DNA from: a virus
Strand: one strand, 5' to 3'
Virus genome (UHGV): UHGV-2010328
DNA length: 35,365 bases
Each line of letters starts with the position of its first letter. Within the stretch, counting starts at the first letter, position 1. Below, one piece after another: positions 8,973-18,166 of the stretch. Below the pieces are notes generated by a model. That model was not told the DNA's origin. It saw nothing but the letters and a program-made list of their open reading frames with translations, and made no database searches. The translations under genes and the position numbers were made by a program.

Positions 8973-9549
8973 CCTGACTCTTCTCAATTGTTCCGCTTGA
9001 TTCTCCTGCGGGGTGGTAACGATAAATCGTCGATATACCAATGCCGTAAATTATTGCCAGTTGTTTTCTGTCGTGCCCGTTTTTGATCAGCCTTGCTATT
9101 TGCTCATGCTGTTCTTTTGTCAGCTTCGGGCGACGTCCGCCTGTGCGCCCCCGTGCGCGCGCTGCCGCCAGTCCGGCCAGTGTGCGTTCAACAATTAATT
9201 CACGTTCCATTTCAGCCAGGGCATCCATCACGTGGAAGAAAAAACGCCCCATTGGAGAAGATGTATCTATGCTGTCGGTCAGACTGCGAAAATTAATTCC
9301 TCGCTCCCGTAGTTCCCCGACGAGAGAAATCAGATGTTTCATGCTTCGCCCGAGGCGATCCAGTTTCCAGACAACCAGCGTGTCACCTTTTTGAAGGCGC
9401 TTTAAAGCGCGTTTTAATCCCGGTCGGTCTGTCTTTGTCCCGCTTAATTTATCTTCAAATATTTGTTCGCATCCTGCACAAACAAGAGCGTTTCGTTGCA
9501 GGTCTGTATTCTGGTCATTTGTTGATACCCTTACATAGCCAATCAGCAC
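8962..9549 (-). CDS. serine recombinase, DNA invertase (Gin/Hin/Pin/Cin family)
   Basis: Likely GTG start 9549..9547 giving MLIGYVRVSTNDQNTDLQRNALVCAGCEQIFEDKLSG..., near-identical by recollection to the Mu Gin / Salmonella Hin N-terminus including the catalytic Ser in YVRVST. ORF-track start is TTG 9567. Confidence 0.9.
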   Translation of the reverse strand: MLIGYVRVSTNDQNTDLQRNALVCAGCEQIFEDKLSGTKTDRPGLKRALKRLQKGDTLVVWKLDRLGRSMKHLISLVGELRERGINFRSLTDSIDTSSPMGRFFFHVMDALAEMERELIVERTLAGLAAARARGRTGGRRPKLTKEQHEQIARLIKNGHDRKQLAIIYGIGISTIYRYHPAGESSGTIEKSQETK

Positions 9550-9603
9550 ACTGAATCTCCCGTCCAAAAGCGCAAATCATGCCATGCAGGCCAGAAACGG
9601 CCA

Positions 9604-9629
9604 TTATCTAAAACCTCGGTTTGCAGGAA
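9604..9629. other. gix/hix-like 26-bp inversion crossover site (site 1)
   Basis: ttatctaaaacctcggtttgcaggaa; its reverse complement ttcctgcaaaccgaggttttagataa matches the Gin/Hin pattern TTC..G.AAACC-GA-GGTTTT.GATAA. Lies between the invertase start and the promoterless fibre segment. Confidence 0.75.
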
Positions 9630-10490
9630 ACGATAAACAAGGCTTCTGGTGCATTGCAGAAAAACCAGAACGGTGCGGATATTCCAGGGAAAGATACTTT
9701 CACAAAAAATATTGGTGCAGCGAAAGCGGCCAGCGAAAGTATCAATATTGGAGGAGATAGCAGCAACTGGACGACAGCACAGTTTATTGCGTGGCTGGAG
9801 TCTCAGGGGGCATTTAATCACCCATACTGGATGTGCAAAGGTTCATGGTCTTACGCCAATAATAAAATTATTACAGATACAGGTTGCGGGAATATTCAAC
9901 TTGCTGGCTCGGTGGTTGAAGTTATGGGCACCAAGGGCGCAATGACTATTCGCGTCACTACTCCAACAACTGCAACAAACGGTACAGCAAAAGCGCAATT
10001 TACTTATATTAATCATGGTGACACCTACGCGCCTGGCTGGCGTCGCGACTGGAATCGTGCTGGCGATACCATGACTGGGGAACTGATAATCACATCACAG
10101 AATGCTTTAAGGATGATTGCAGGAAATTATGGTGCAATTCTGCGACAGGATGGTGGCAGCTTGTATCTGTTATTTACTGCCAGTGGTGACCAGTACGGTA
10201 GCTGGAATGGTCTTCGTCCATTCTATATCGCACTTAATACTGGCCTTGTTACCATGGGGCACGGTCTGAATGTTAACGGGCAGGTTGTCCCATCCAATTA
10301 CATTAATTTTGACTCGCGCTATATACGAGATATTCGTCTGGGTACGCGTGTTGTTCAGACCATGCAAAAAGGCGTGATGTATGAAAAATCAGGCCATGTA
10401 ATTACGGGGCTTGGCATTGTTGGTGAAGTTGATGGCGATGATCCGGCTGTTCAGGCCAATACAAAAATACATCAATGGCACATGGTATAA
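9612..10490 (+). CDS. promoterless alternative tail-fibre C-terminal variable segment (Sv'-type), expressed only after inversion
   Basis: Frame opens inside gix site 1 with no ATG (TTG at 9621). Ends ...SRYIRDIRLGTRVVQTMQKGVMYEKSGHVITGLGIVGE..., shared with the C-terminus of H. Followed by its own assembly gene. Confidence 0.7.
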   Translation, partial: NLGLQETINKASGALQKNQNGADIPGKDTFTKNIGAAKAASESINIGGDSSNWTTAQFIAWLESQGAFNHPYWMCKGSWSYANNKIITDTGCGNIQLAGSVVEVMGTKGAMTIRVTTPTTATNGTAKAQFTYINHGDTYAPGWRRDWNRAGDTMTGELIITSQNALRMIAGNYGAILRQDGGSLYLLFTASGDQYGSWNGLRPFYIALNTGLVTMGHGLNVNGQVVPSNYINFDSRYIRDIRLGTRVVQTMQKGVMYEKSGHVITGLGIVGEVDGDDPAVQANTKIHQWHMV

Positions 10491-10509
10491 CATTGCACAG
10501 GTATAAATC

Positions 10510-11037
10510 ATGCAGCATTTAAAAAACATCAATTCAGGAAACCCAAAAACTAAAGAGCAATATCAGCTAACAAAGAATTTTGATGTTATCTGGTTGTGGT
10601 CAGAAGAAGGAAAAAACTGGTACGAGGAATTAAAAAACTTCCAGGAAGACACAATAAAAATTCTTTATGACGAGAATAATATTATTGTCGCCATCACCAA
10701 AGATGCCTCCACGCTTAACCCTGAAGGTTATAGCGTCGTTGAAGTTCCTGATATTACAGCTAATCGTCGTGCCGATGATTCAGGGAATTGGATGTTTAAG
10801 GACGGAGCTGTAGTTAAGCGGATTTATACGGCAGACGAACAGCAACAACAGGCCAAATCGCAAAAGGCCGCGTTACTTTCCGAAGCTGAATCAGTTATCC
10901 AGCCACTGGAACGAGCTGTCAGGCTGAACATGGCGACGGATGCGGAACGCGCCCGACTGGAGTCATGGGAACGCTACAGCGTTCTGGTCAGTCGTGTGGA
11001 TACAACAAAGCCAGAATGGCCACAAAAGCCTGAGTAA
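10510..11037 (+). CDS. tail fibre assembly protein (gpG / Mu U-like), partner of the alternative fibre tip
   Basis: 175 aa, [41 protein letters not shown].... N-terminal ~100 aa about 80% identical to the convergent paralogue at 11066-11599. Confidence 0.8.
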   Translation: MQHLKNINSGNPKTKEQYQLTKNFDVIWLWSEEGKNWYEELKNFQEDTIKILYDENNIIVAITKDASTLNPEGYSVVEVPDITANRRADDSGNWMFKDGAVVKRIYTADEQQQQAKSQKAALLSEAESVIQPLERAVRLNMATDAERARLESWERYSVLVSRVDTTKPEWPQKPE

Positions 11038-11042
11038 AAATT

Positions 11043-11062
11043 AAGGCCCGATATCGGGCCTT
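11043..11062. terminator. bidirectional hairpin between the convergent tail-fibre assembly genes
   Basis: Perfect palindrome ggcccgatatcgggcc flanked by A/T-rich sequence. Confidence 0.6.
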
Positions 11063-11065
11063 CTC

Positions 11066-11599
11066 TCATTCTGGTTGTTCGGGAAACGTTACTGGCAGGC
11101 TGGAAGTGTCTGTCGATTCGACTTTCTGCGCATAGTGCATCCACTCGGTTAATTTTTGTTTATTCTCATCGGAAATGATGCCCAGCCGTAGCTGTGAGTC
11201 CCATAGCTGGGTTTTATCCCTGACGAGCTGTAGCAGGCTTTGCTTTTCATTTTCTGCTTGTTGCCTCTGCTCTTCCTCGGTATAAGTTCGCTTTATCACC
11301 ACGCCATCTTTGAACATCCAGTTGCCCGAAATATCAGCCCGGCGGTTTGCTGTAATATCAGGCAACTCAACGACACTTAAACCTTCTGGATTAATTGCCG
11401 ATACATCCTTATCCATAGCAACAATTATTCCCTCGACTGTGTAAGCTAGCTTTATTGTATCTTCCTGGAAGTTTTTTAATTCCTCGTACCAGTTTTTTCC
11501 TTCTTCTGACCACAACCAGATAACATCAAAATTCTTTGTTAGCTGATATTGCTCAACGGTCTTTGGATTACCTGCGACAATGTTCTTTAAATGCTGCAT
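11066..11599 (-). CDS. G: tail fibre assembly protein (gpG-like), partner of the currently expressed H tip
   Basis: 177 aa, [41 protein letters not shown].... Immediately downstream of H on the same strand. Confidence 0.8.
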   Translation of the reverse strand: MQHLKNIVAGNPKTVEQYQLTKNFDVIWLWSEEGKNWYEELKNFQEDTIKLAYTVEGIIVAMDKDVSAINPEGLSVVELPDITANRRADISGNWMFKDGVVIKRTYTEEEQRQQAENEKQSLLQLVRDKTQLWDSQLRLGIISDENKQKLTEWMHYAQKVESTDTSSLPVTFPEQPE

Positions 11600-11602
11600 A
11601 AA

Positions 11603-13579
11603 TTACACCTGCGATACGTTATACCATGTTCCGTTAATTAACTTTTGTATTGGTCTGAANNNNNNNNNNNNNNNNNNNNNTTCACCAACAATGCCAAGCC
11701 CCGTAATTACATGGCCTGATTTTTCATACATCACGCCTTTTTGCATGGTCTGAACAACACGTGTTCCTAGGCGAATATCTCGTACATAGCGAGAATCTGA
11801 TTCAGCTTTGGTATATGCACCAATATCTCCTGCTGATGGTTTGTGAGCGGTTGTATATAGTTGCGCCCATCCAGACCAATTAGCATCTGCTGTATCTCGT
11901 CGGGAACGAATATATGCCGGAGCATGGCCGCCGCTGGTCCCACTCCACCCAATAAATAACTCTCCTTCGCCAACTGCCGCTACGCCAGTAAGATGAAGAA
12001 CGTTACCATAAGTAAAAGGATATCCATTGTTGTACGCTTCATACATTTGGATACCTGGCGTACCCTTTGCGCTCCCACTTAATGCTGTAACACGGTTTCG
12101 GGATACTAACGTATTAATATTTATATCGCTGGAACCATCAAATTTAACGCCATTAATATTTCTTGCTGTTTTTAGCTTTGTTGCAGTAGCGGCATTGCCG
12201 GACAACTCCCCAGAAAGGCCACCGCTGAATGTTTGTCGATTGGTCCAAGTATTCGCTGTACTGAGTAACGGTATTTTTTCCCCGCTTGTGCCGAGTTCTC
12301 GTAAACCGAGGTATTCGATAACGGCGGCAACGGTCGATTTCGCAAGAATATCCCGCCCGACTTTTGTCAGAGTTGCCAGGCTGGCGACATCATTCCCCGT
12401 AAAATACGGAAACCTGTCTGCCGCAGTAGCAAGCCCCGCCAGCGCCGTCAGAGTGGCATCTTTCGGTTGCTTACCTGCAAGCGCGTTAGTCATGGTGGTC
12501 GCAAAATTCGGGTCGTTGCCCAGCGCCGCCGCTAACTCGTTCAGCGTATTCAGTGCGTCAGGCGACGAGTCTACAAGTGCGGCAATCGCGGCCATCACAT
12601 AAGCCGTGCTTGCGATCTGAGTATTATTAGTACCTTTTGGCGCAGTTGGCGTTGTTGGCGTTCCGGTCAGCGAAGGACTGTTTAAGGGCGCTTTCTTGTT
12701 CGTTTCATCCATTACCGCCTTAACAGCTTTTGGCGTCGCAGCCAGCGTTTCAGATGTGCTGTTAGTGGCGCTACTGAGCTGAACTATCCCTTTTCGTGCC
12801 GTCGTTGCGTCCTGAGCGGTATATTTTGCGTTAGCAAGGTCATATGCAGCCTTTACCGCCTTTGGCGTTGCCGCCAGCGTCTCAGAATCGCTGTTGGTGG
12901 CGCTACTGAGCTGAACTATCCCTTTCCGCGCAGTGGTAGCGTCCTGTGCGGTGTATTTGCTATTAGCCAGGTCATATGCCGCCTTAACAGCCTTTGGGGT
13001 TGCCGCAAGCGTTTCTGACGTGCTATTGGTGGCGCTGCTAAGTTGAACAAAACCTTTTGCGGTCAGCGAGGCGTCCGGGTGACGTCGTGACTGTTCATGC
13101 TCTTTCAGTTTGTCATCCACGTAATCCACTGTGGCCATCACCATGGTGTTATCCACGGTAAGCGCCACGGTGGCAGTGCTGGATACGGTCAGAATGGTGC
13201 GAAATGTTTGTGCACGTCCGGACCCTTCGGCAACGGCTGGCTTGTAACTTTCGGCAGTATTGCCTACCGCAATCAAATCGCCGTGCTCATCAAACACACC
13301 AATTTCCCGGATCCAGAATCCGCCCGTTTCAGGAGGAATAACCAGCTCCGCAATAATGCGGTTCTGATGTGTTGCGTCCAGGATGACGCGATTAACAGTA
13401 TGTCGCCACACCTCATGCACCAGACGGGTCTGCTTACTGTCTGGTGTGGGCAACGTGCCGTCACCCACGGCCATATGAGTCAGGCGGACAGGCTTACCAT
13501 CTGGCGCGGCTGCCTGAGCTAATTTTTTTGCACCCGTATTGGTGATAACGGTTTTAAATTTTCGTGTTGTGGTACTCAT
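11603..13579 (-). CDS. H: tail fibre protein H (constant N-terminal part 13579..12322; invertible variable part 12321..11603)
   Basis: 658-codon ORF from ATG 13579..13577, with three tandem fibre repeats and gix site 2 inside the coding sequence (..VIEYLGLRE..). The C-terminal 18 codons lie beyond a 21-nt N run, so their frame and the true stop are uncertain. Confidence 0.85.
   Translation of the reverse strand: MSTTTRKFKTVITNTGAKKLAQAAAPDGKPVRLTHMAVGDGTLPTPDSKQTRLVHEVWRHTVNRVILDATHQNRIIAELVIPPETGGFWIREIGVFDEHGDLIAVGNTAESYKPAVAEGSGRAQTFRTILTVSSTATVALTVDNTMVMATVDYVDDKLKEHEQSRRHPDASLTAKGFVQLSSATNSTSETLAATPKAVKAAYDLANSKYTAQDATTARKGIVQLSSATNSDSETLAATPKAVKAAYDLANAKYTAQDATTARKGIVQLSSATNSTSETLAATPKAVKAVMDETNKKAPLNSPSLTGTPTTPTAPKGTNNTQIASTAYVMAAIAALVDSSPDALNTLNELAAALGNDPNFATTMTNALAGKQPKDATLTALAGLATAADRFPYFTGNDVASLATLTKVGRDILAKSTVAAVIEYLGLRELGTSGEKIPLLSTANTWTNRQTFSGGLSGELSGNAATATKLKTARNINGVKFDGSSDININTLVSRNRVTALSGSAKGTPGIQMYEAYNNGYPFTYGNVLHLTGVAAVGEGELFIGWSGTSGGHAPAYIRSRRDTADANWSGWAQLYTTAHKPSAGDIGAYTKAESDSRYVRDIRLGTRVVQTMQKGVMYEKSGHVITGLGIVGEXXXXXXXFRPIQKLINGTWYNVSQV
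11660..11680. other. run of 21 N (assembly gap or masked bases) inside H
   Basis: Directly abuts the 81-bp perfect inverted repeat at 11681-11761. Confidence 0.95.
12296..12321. other. gix/hix-like 26-bp inversion crossover site (site 2), inside H
   Basis: ttctcgtaaaccgaggtattcgataa; 20 of 26 positions identical to the inverted site 1, with the same central GA dinucleotide. Encodes IEYLGLRE of H in frame. Confidence 0.75.
12713..13075 (-). repeat. three tandem 132-bp (44-aa) repeats within H (tail-fibre repeat motif)
   Basis: The string gctactgagctgaac recurs at 12770 and 12902, with a diverged copy near 13034. Protein repeats KG(F/I)VQLSSATNS.SETLAATPKAVKAAYDLAN.KYTAQDATTAR, twice plus one partial. 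Confidence 0.8.
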
Positions 13580-13581
13580 GC

Positions 13582-14112
13582 TTAATCGCCTGGATAAATG
13601 GTAATAACTTCACCGTCATAAGTTGCCGCCGCTGCGAAAATATCCCCCGGAATTTCCTGAATGATATTCAGCCCTGTCATGTGGCGGCTGACCGGGCGGG
13701 CATCAGCAATCAACCGCTCCATTTCCAGATACATTTCCTCCGTCACGCCACTGTCCAGCGTGCCGACTTCAACGGTAAATGTTCCCGGTTCTCCGCCGAA
13801 TTCCCACCACTCAGACACGCGAATGAGGTATCCCAGCGGCTCAATGGCCCGGCGCAGTGCGCTGATGGTCCCTTTGTGTCGGTGTATCAGCCATGCATCA
13901 CGAATAACCTGTCGCTTTGTCTCTTCCGGCCAGTTGCGATCCCAGCGGTCAACGGAAAATGCCCAGGCGAGATAAGGCAGCAGGTGCACCGGGCAGGTGT
14001 CCGGCGACCACAGCGTGTTGAGGTCTACCGGAATGTCTGTAATGCGCGTTCCGACGGCTTCGGCACAACGCATGAAATTGCTGGCTGATGGTGGTAACAG
14101 TGAATTACTCAT
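13582..14112 (-). CDS. I: baseplate/tail protein I (gpI-like)
   Basis: Likely start ATG 14112..14110 (MSNSLLPPSAS...), overlapping the J stop by 8 nt. ORF-track start is 14145. Confidence 0.75.
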   Translation of the reverse strand: MSNSLLPPSASNFMRCAEAVGTRITDIPVDLNTLWSPDTCPVHLLPYLAWAFSVDRWDRNWPEETKRQVIRDAWLIHRHKGTISALRRAIEPLGYLIRVSEWWEFGGEPGTFTVEVGTLDSGVTEEMYLEMERLIADARPVSRHMTGLNIIQEIPGDIFAAAATYDGEVITIYPGD

Positions 14113-15001
14113 TACGCCCACCTTCGCTGATGGTGAATGACTCACAGCGCGCCGCCTGTATGTCGCTGATGGCCATATTCTGTGTGGGTTCGATTATCTC
14201 CACGCGTTGCACACCGTGCACATGCAGTGCGGCAGCAATGGCGGACAACGCCACATCCTGACCGATAAGCCCCTGCTCAGCCAGCCACTTCCTGAACGAC
14301 GATTCAGCCGCAGCCAGAATAGGTTCGGATTCCGGGCCGGGGTAGAAGTACAGTTTTGCATTCAGCCGCCATGTCACGATTCTGGCGCTCTGTACCGTCA
14401 GGCGGTCGGCCACCGGGCGGGTATCCTCTGCATTCAGAACGGCGCGAACGGTATTAAGCAACGCCTCCGTTGCCGTGCCGTCGCCTTCAGTGGACAGGAT
14501 GGAAACCGTCACATTTGCCGGAGACGGACTGATAGCCCGCGCATCACGCACCAGACCGCTGGCGCTGCGGGCAAAATACTCGTATGCACCTGACGGGCCA
14601 GCAACACTCAGGCCGTCGTACGCCCGCTGCGCCCGCAGTCTCAGCGAGGTGTCGCTCTCCATCACCGCGTCGGTGGTATCCGTTGCCGGAGTGATAACCA
14701 GGCGCTTTGTGTTCATATTGCCCGCGAGGTTGTCCAAGTCTGTCCCGGCGCTGTGGCTTAACATGCAGGCGCGTGCACCCTCGTTAACCCGCTGGCGTAA
14801 CAGCATTTCACGAAACGACATGGTTTGAGCGATAACGTTAAGGGGTTCCGATTCCAGCTCCAGCGCGGCGGAAACGGCTTCACGCTGTTCGGCGGGATAA
14901 GCCGCAATCATCATGGCCTTTGTGTCAGCCAGAATTGCTTCAAAGTCAGGCTCCGCGATGATGGCGGGTTCCGGTAACTGGGAAAGGTCAACGGCGGGCA
15001 T
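14105..15001 (-). CDS. J: baseplate assembly protein J (gpJ-like)
   Basis: 298 aa, in synteny between W and I. Confidence 0.8.
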   Translation of the reverse strand: MPAVDLSQLPEPAIIAEPDFEAILADTKAMMIAAYPAEQREAVSAALELESEPLNVIAQTMSFREMLLRQRVNEGARACMLSHSAGTDLDNLAGNMNTKRLVITPATDTTDAVMESDTSLRLRAQRAYDGLSVAGPSGAYEYFARSASGLVRDARAISPSPANVTVSILSTEGDGTATEALLNTVRAVLNAEDTRPVADRLTVQSARIVTWRLNAKLYFYPGPESEPILAAAESSFRKWLAEQGLIGQDVALSAIAAALHVHGVQRVEIIEPTQNMAISDIQAARCESFTISEGGRNE

Positions 15002-15004
15002 GAT

Positions 15005-15355
15005 TTACTCCCTCAGCGTGATGGTTAATTCAACATTCTGCATGGTCTGCATGACAGTGCCCGACAGCGTCACCCCGGCGCGGCCTCCCGCTTTCCAGAC
15101 AACGTCGATGGCGTCCAGGGCAATGCGGGGTTCCCATCGTGTCAGCGCAATCACGGCAGCACTCATGCATTGCAGACGCGTGGTGTTATTCATGGGGTCG
15201 TCAATCAAATCAGGCACAAGGCTGCCATATTCCCGTCGCATAACCCGGCTTGCCAGCGGGGTGGTCAGGATGTCCCTGACTGACTGTTTCAGGTGCTCCA
15301 TATCGTTCAGGTTTCCCGTCCCGTCCGGGTTCATTCCTGTGTAGCGGGTTGTCAC
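15005..15355 (-). CDS. W: baseplate protein W (gp25/GPW family)
   Basis: 116 aa. Start overlaps the V stop (ATGA). Confidence 0.8.
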   Translation of the reverse strand: MTTRYTGMNPDGTGNLNDMEHLKQSVRDILTTPLASRVMRREYGSLVPDLIDDPMNNTTRLQCMSAAVIALTRWEPRIALDAIDVVWKAGGRAGVTLSGTVMQTMQNVELTITLRE

Positions 15356-15933
15356 TGCGGGCCTCCTGTCGAATCGCTGCCACCTTTAACGCCACCGTGT
15401 TTATGCGTATGCACTGTGATGCCGTTTGAGGTGAAGTCGCCGCCGCTGTGCGTGATATTGCCGCTCATCTTTCCCCCTTTTGTGACGTCAATCTCGGCTG
15501 TTTTCAGAAGGTTTGTGCATTCCACGACGGGCGTATCCAGTTTCACGCTGACGGATGCCTGCAAAGTGGCCGTTTTCATGCCGCTGGCACTCAGTGCGCC
15601 TGCGTCCGCGTCGTAGCGGAACACCGCGCCATCCGGCGCGCTGACCACGATTTCTTTCAGGCTTTTGCCGGGTGCCGGACTGGCATCACTCCACAGGCTG
15701 CCAATTATCATGGCGGTTTCCGGATTGCCGCCGATGCAGGCAATTACCACCTGTTCGCCGGGTGATGGCGGCAGCCACACATTGAAGGCTCCCGCGCGTG
15801 TGGTGTTCCAGCGCAACCAGCCTGTTTCCAGTTCGCCGCTGCGAACGCGCACGCGCCAGGACTTCTCATCAACTTCAGAGATGATCCCGGTGCGGATGAT
15901 GTTGCTCAGCAGTCGCATGAGTTCTGCGCTCAC
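15352..15933 (-). CDS. V: baseplate spike/assembly protein V (gpV-like)
   Basis: 193 aa with a Gly-rich C-terminal tip (...HTHKHGGVKGGSDSTGGPQ). Synteny. Confidence 0.8.
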   Translation of the reverse strand: MSAELMRLLSNIIRTGIISEVDEKSWRVRVRSGELETGWLRWNTTRAGAFNVWLPPSPGEQVVIACIGGNPETAMIIGSLWSDASPAPGKSLKEIVVSAPDGAVFRYDADAGALSASGMKTATLQASVSVKLDTPVVECTNLLKTAEIDVTKGGKMSGNITHSGGDFTSNGITVHTHKHGGVKGGSDSTGGPQ

Positions 15934-16574
15934 CGTACAGCCTCCGCAATCCGGCCCAGCACCGTGTTATAAATCAGGCGCTCATCTGCCTGGCTGATAC
16001 CCAGCAACTCACGTACCGGGTAATCGGTGAAAATGCCCGGCGCAACCTGATCGCGCTCACCGAACTGATGAACGCGTGCAATACGTGCGGCCACGCCGCT
16101 GTAACCCACCGTCACACCGGAAGCATCTGCACGGGCTTTCAGGTAGCGGGCGGTGCGCAGTTTTACGAACATGGGGACGCGCTTTGTGCTGTCCTGGTTG
16201 ATGCGCCGGGTGCGTATTTCCAGAAAGCGGTCGATGTCATCCCGGTAAAACGTGCGGATGCTGTTTTTATCCTCATCCCACCCGGTGATGGTTCGCCCGT
16301 ATTTCCCCGTGTCGTGATGCCAGTTTTTCAGCGTGCGTGCTTCGTTATTCCAGATAAAGCGAATGCGCTCCTGTATCCGGGTTACGCGGCGTCTGCGTGG
16401 TGTCCATGCGGTCCCGTCCGGCGCTTTCTGTGACCGGATGCGCGCCTGCTGGGCGCGGCGTAAATCCTGTGCCAGCTTTCTGGCGATGTTATTGATGGCC
16501 TGCTGATTCAGGCTGTCGCGGATGGCCTCAAAGGTTTCATCCACGCGGATGAATGCCTTATCCATCGCTTTCAC
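15930..16574 (-). CDS. S: tail completion / virion morphogenesis protein S (gpS-like)
   Basis: 214 aa. Synteny R-S-V. Confidence 0.75.
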   Translation of the reverse strand: MKAMDKAFIRVDETFEAIRDSLNQQAINNIARKLAQDLRRAQQARIRSQKAPDGTAWTPRRRRVTRIQERIRFIWNNEARTLKNWHHDTGKYGRTITGWDEDKNSIRTFYRDDIDRFLEIRTRRINQDSTKRVPMFVKLRTARYLKARADASGVTVGYSGVAARIARVHQFGERDQVAPGIFTDYPVRELLGISQADERLIYNTVLGRIAEAVR

Positions 16575-17025
16575 CCCACGTCACATCCTGGAATACATGC
16601 GACCAGTCGCCTTCGGAAGAGGGCAGACGGGGTTTTGGCTCCGGCAGGTGTTCTGCCTGCGGTGTGCCCTGACTGCTGCGCGTGATGCGAACGCGTTCCC
16701 GCAGGGGGAGCGTAAACAGGAGATCGGCGCTGTCATCGTCATTGATAACGGCGGAAAATTTGATGTCCTGATTACGCTCCGGATTGAGCAACAACTGTGG
16801 CTGATTTTCGGATAACCACGCCAGCAGCGGCAGCGTGAGGTCGTCCAGCTCTCCGGCGTAATCCATGACAAACATCACCATCTGATAGCGGTAAACAAAC
16901 GAGGGCGTTTCTCCGGTCGTTTCAATGTTGCCGCTCTCCACGAAAATGGTGAATTTTTCCGGGTTAGCCTGACACCATCGGCATGAACGGGTCATGGCTT
17001 CACGCAGGGAATCAGTTTTCAGCAT
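16558..17025 (-). CDS. R: tail completion protein R (gpR-like)
   Basis: 155 aa. Follows the lysis genes as in P2. Confidence 0.75.
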   Translation of the reverse strand: MLKTDSLREAMTRSCRWCQANPEKFTIFVESGNIETTGETPSFVYRYQMVMFVMDYAGELDDLTLPLLAWLSENQPQLLLNPERNQDIKFSAVINDDDSADLLFTLPLRERVRITRSSQGTPQAEHLPEPKPRLPSSEGDWSHVFQDVTWGESDG

Positions 17026-17302
17026 GGTTGTTGTCCTCGTTGTTCAGTCGTTGCAGCCTGCGCTGTTCCAGTAATTCAATGGCCCGTTTATCCGCGTTAC
17101 AGGTTTCCAGTGCATCCAGAAGGCGGTCGCCCCATATACCGAGATTTCCCCATGTGGGAGTGTCAGGGAAGGGGGGAGGCGTTACCGGTATGGTCAGCGT
17201 CTGCGGTATAAGCTGGACTGACGGCGCTGGCCGTGGCGCGTTCTGCGTGCCTGCGCAACCTGTCAGTAAAACGAGCGTCAGGCAAAGCGTGGGCGCATTC
17301 AT
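17012..17302 (-). CDS. lysC: o-spanin lipoprotein (Rz1/LysC-like), overlapping the 3' part of lysB in another frame
   Basis: ATG 17302..17300; MNAPTLCLTLVLLTGCAG has a signal peptide and lipobox LLTGC, followed by a Pro-rich region. Confidence 0.7.
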   Translation of the reverse strand: MNAPTLCLTLVLLTGCAGTQNAPRPAPSVQLIPQTLTIPVTPPPFPDTPTWGNLGIWGDRLLDALETCNADKRAIELLEQRRLQRLNNEDNNHAEN

Positions 17303-17570
17303 CTTTTGCAATATCGTTGCGTAGCTGTTCACGTCTGACCTCTCCGTCCTGATTTCTCTGTTGATTTTCCACGCGGAGTTGCGCCAGCACCTGCTGCATA
17401 TCCTGTACCCCGGTGCTGATGATATTCAGGGTGTCGACGGTACTTTTCAGGGTGCTGGCCTGCGCTTCGTTTCTGGCGTTCTCCCGGCCCAGCGACCACG
17501 ACAGACGCATGGATGTTCCCCATGCGGCAATCAGAAGAAAAGCGACGCCCAGAGAAGTCCATAACCTCAT
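17163..17570 (-). CDS. lysB: i-spanin (Rz/LysB-like)
   Basis: 135 aa with an N-terminal TM helix (LGVAFLLIAAWG) then a coiled-coil; the spanin gene overlaps it. Confidence 0.7.
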   Translation of the reverse strand: MRLWTSLGVAFLLIAAWGTSMRLSWSLGRENARNEAQASTLKSTVDTLNIISTGVQDMQQVLAQLRVENQQRNQDGEVRREQLRNDIAKDECAHALPDARFTDRLRRHAERATASAVSPAYTADADHTGNASPLP

Positions 17571-18112
17571 GCTGCCACGCGTTCCTTTATCCAGCCGTAG
17601 ACAAACGACTCGTTGGCTTCGCGTTTTTCCGCCAGCTCCAGATAGCGTTCACCCTGTGTACAGTTCAGTGCTGTTAACATCACCATCTCGCCGTCCCGAC
17701 CGCGTTTTTCCAGATATGCACGCAATGCATTAATCGTGCGTGGGCCAGTGCGTCCGTCTGTGTCCATATCGGGATACAGTTTCCCGCCCTGATTGAATAC
17801 GTTCAGCCAGCGCTGAAGCATTCTGGTTGCCACAGACGGCCCCATATTTACTCCGGTGTCACACAGTTCTGCGGCAATATCCGGGGACAGCTTCGCTATC
17901 TGATCAAAACGCGGTCCGTACCAGTAATCAGCTTCAAGGATTTCCAGTGCCTGTCCGCGCGTTAAATCACGCATATCGCCACGGTATCCGTGCGCCCGTG
18001 CCACCTTTTCAGTGATGCCCCATTTTGTCGGACCGCCTCTGTCATCCGGGTGATTGACGTAGCCGCCTTCTTTGCCAAGAACGACATCAAAAATTTCGTC
18101 TTTCGATTTCAT
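17567..18112 (-). CDS. endolysin, glycoside hydrolase family 108-type N-terminus with C-terminal peptidoglycan-binding region
   Basis: 181 aa, ...GKEGGYVNHPDDRGGPTKWGIT... (GH108-like motif). GAGGTG RBS. Occupies the P2 K position. Confidence 0.75.
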   Translation of the reverse strand: MKSKDEIFDVVLGKEGGYVNHPDDRGGPTKWGITEKVARAHGYRGDMRDLTRGQALEILEADYWYGPRFDQIAKLSPDIAAELCDTGVNMGPSVATRMLQRWLNVFNQGGKLYPDMDTDGRTGPRTINALRAYLEKRGRDGEMVMLTALNCTQGERYLELAEKREANESFVYGWIKERVAA

Positions 18113-18166
18113 TTCGTCACCTCTGTGAATGATTTTTATGGTGATTACCGGCTTTAAGCCTGCGAC

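Noticed and set aside
11660-11680. N run considered as a biological feature
   Set aside because: Ambiguous bases are an assembly or masking artefact. Its position is informative (see findings) but it is not a genetic element.
12027-12602. 191-aa plus-strand ORF overlapping H
   Set aside because: Antisense to the tail-fibre gene; low-complexity translation.
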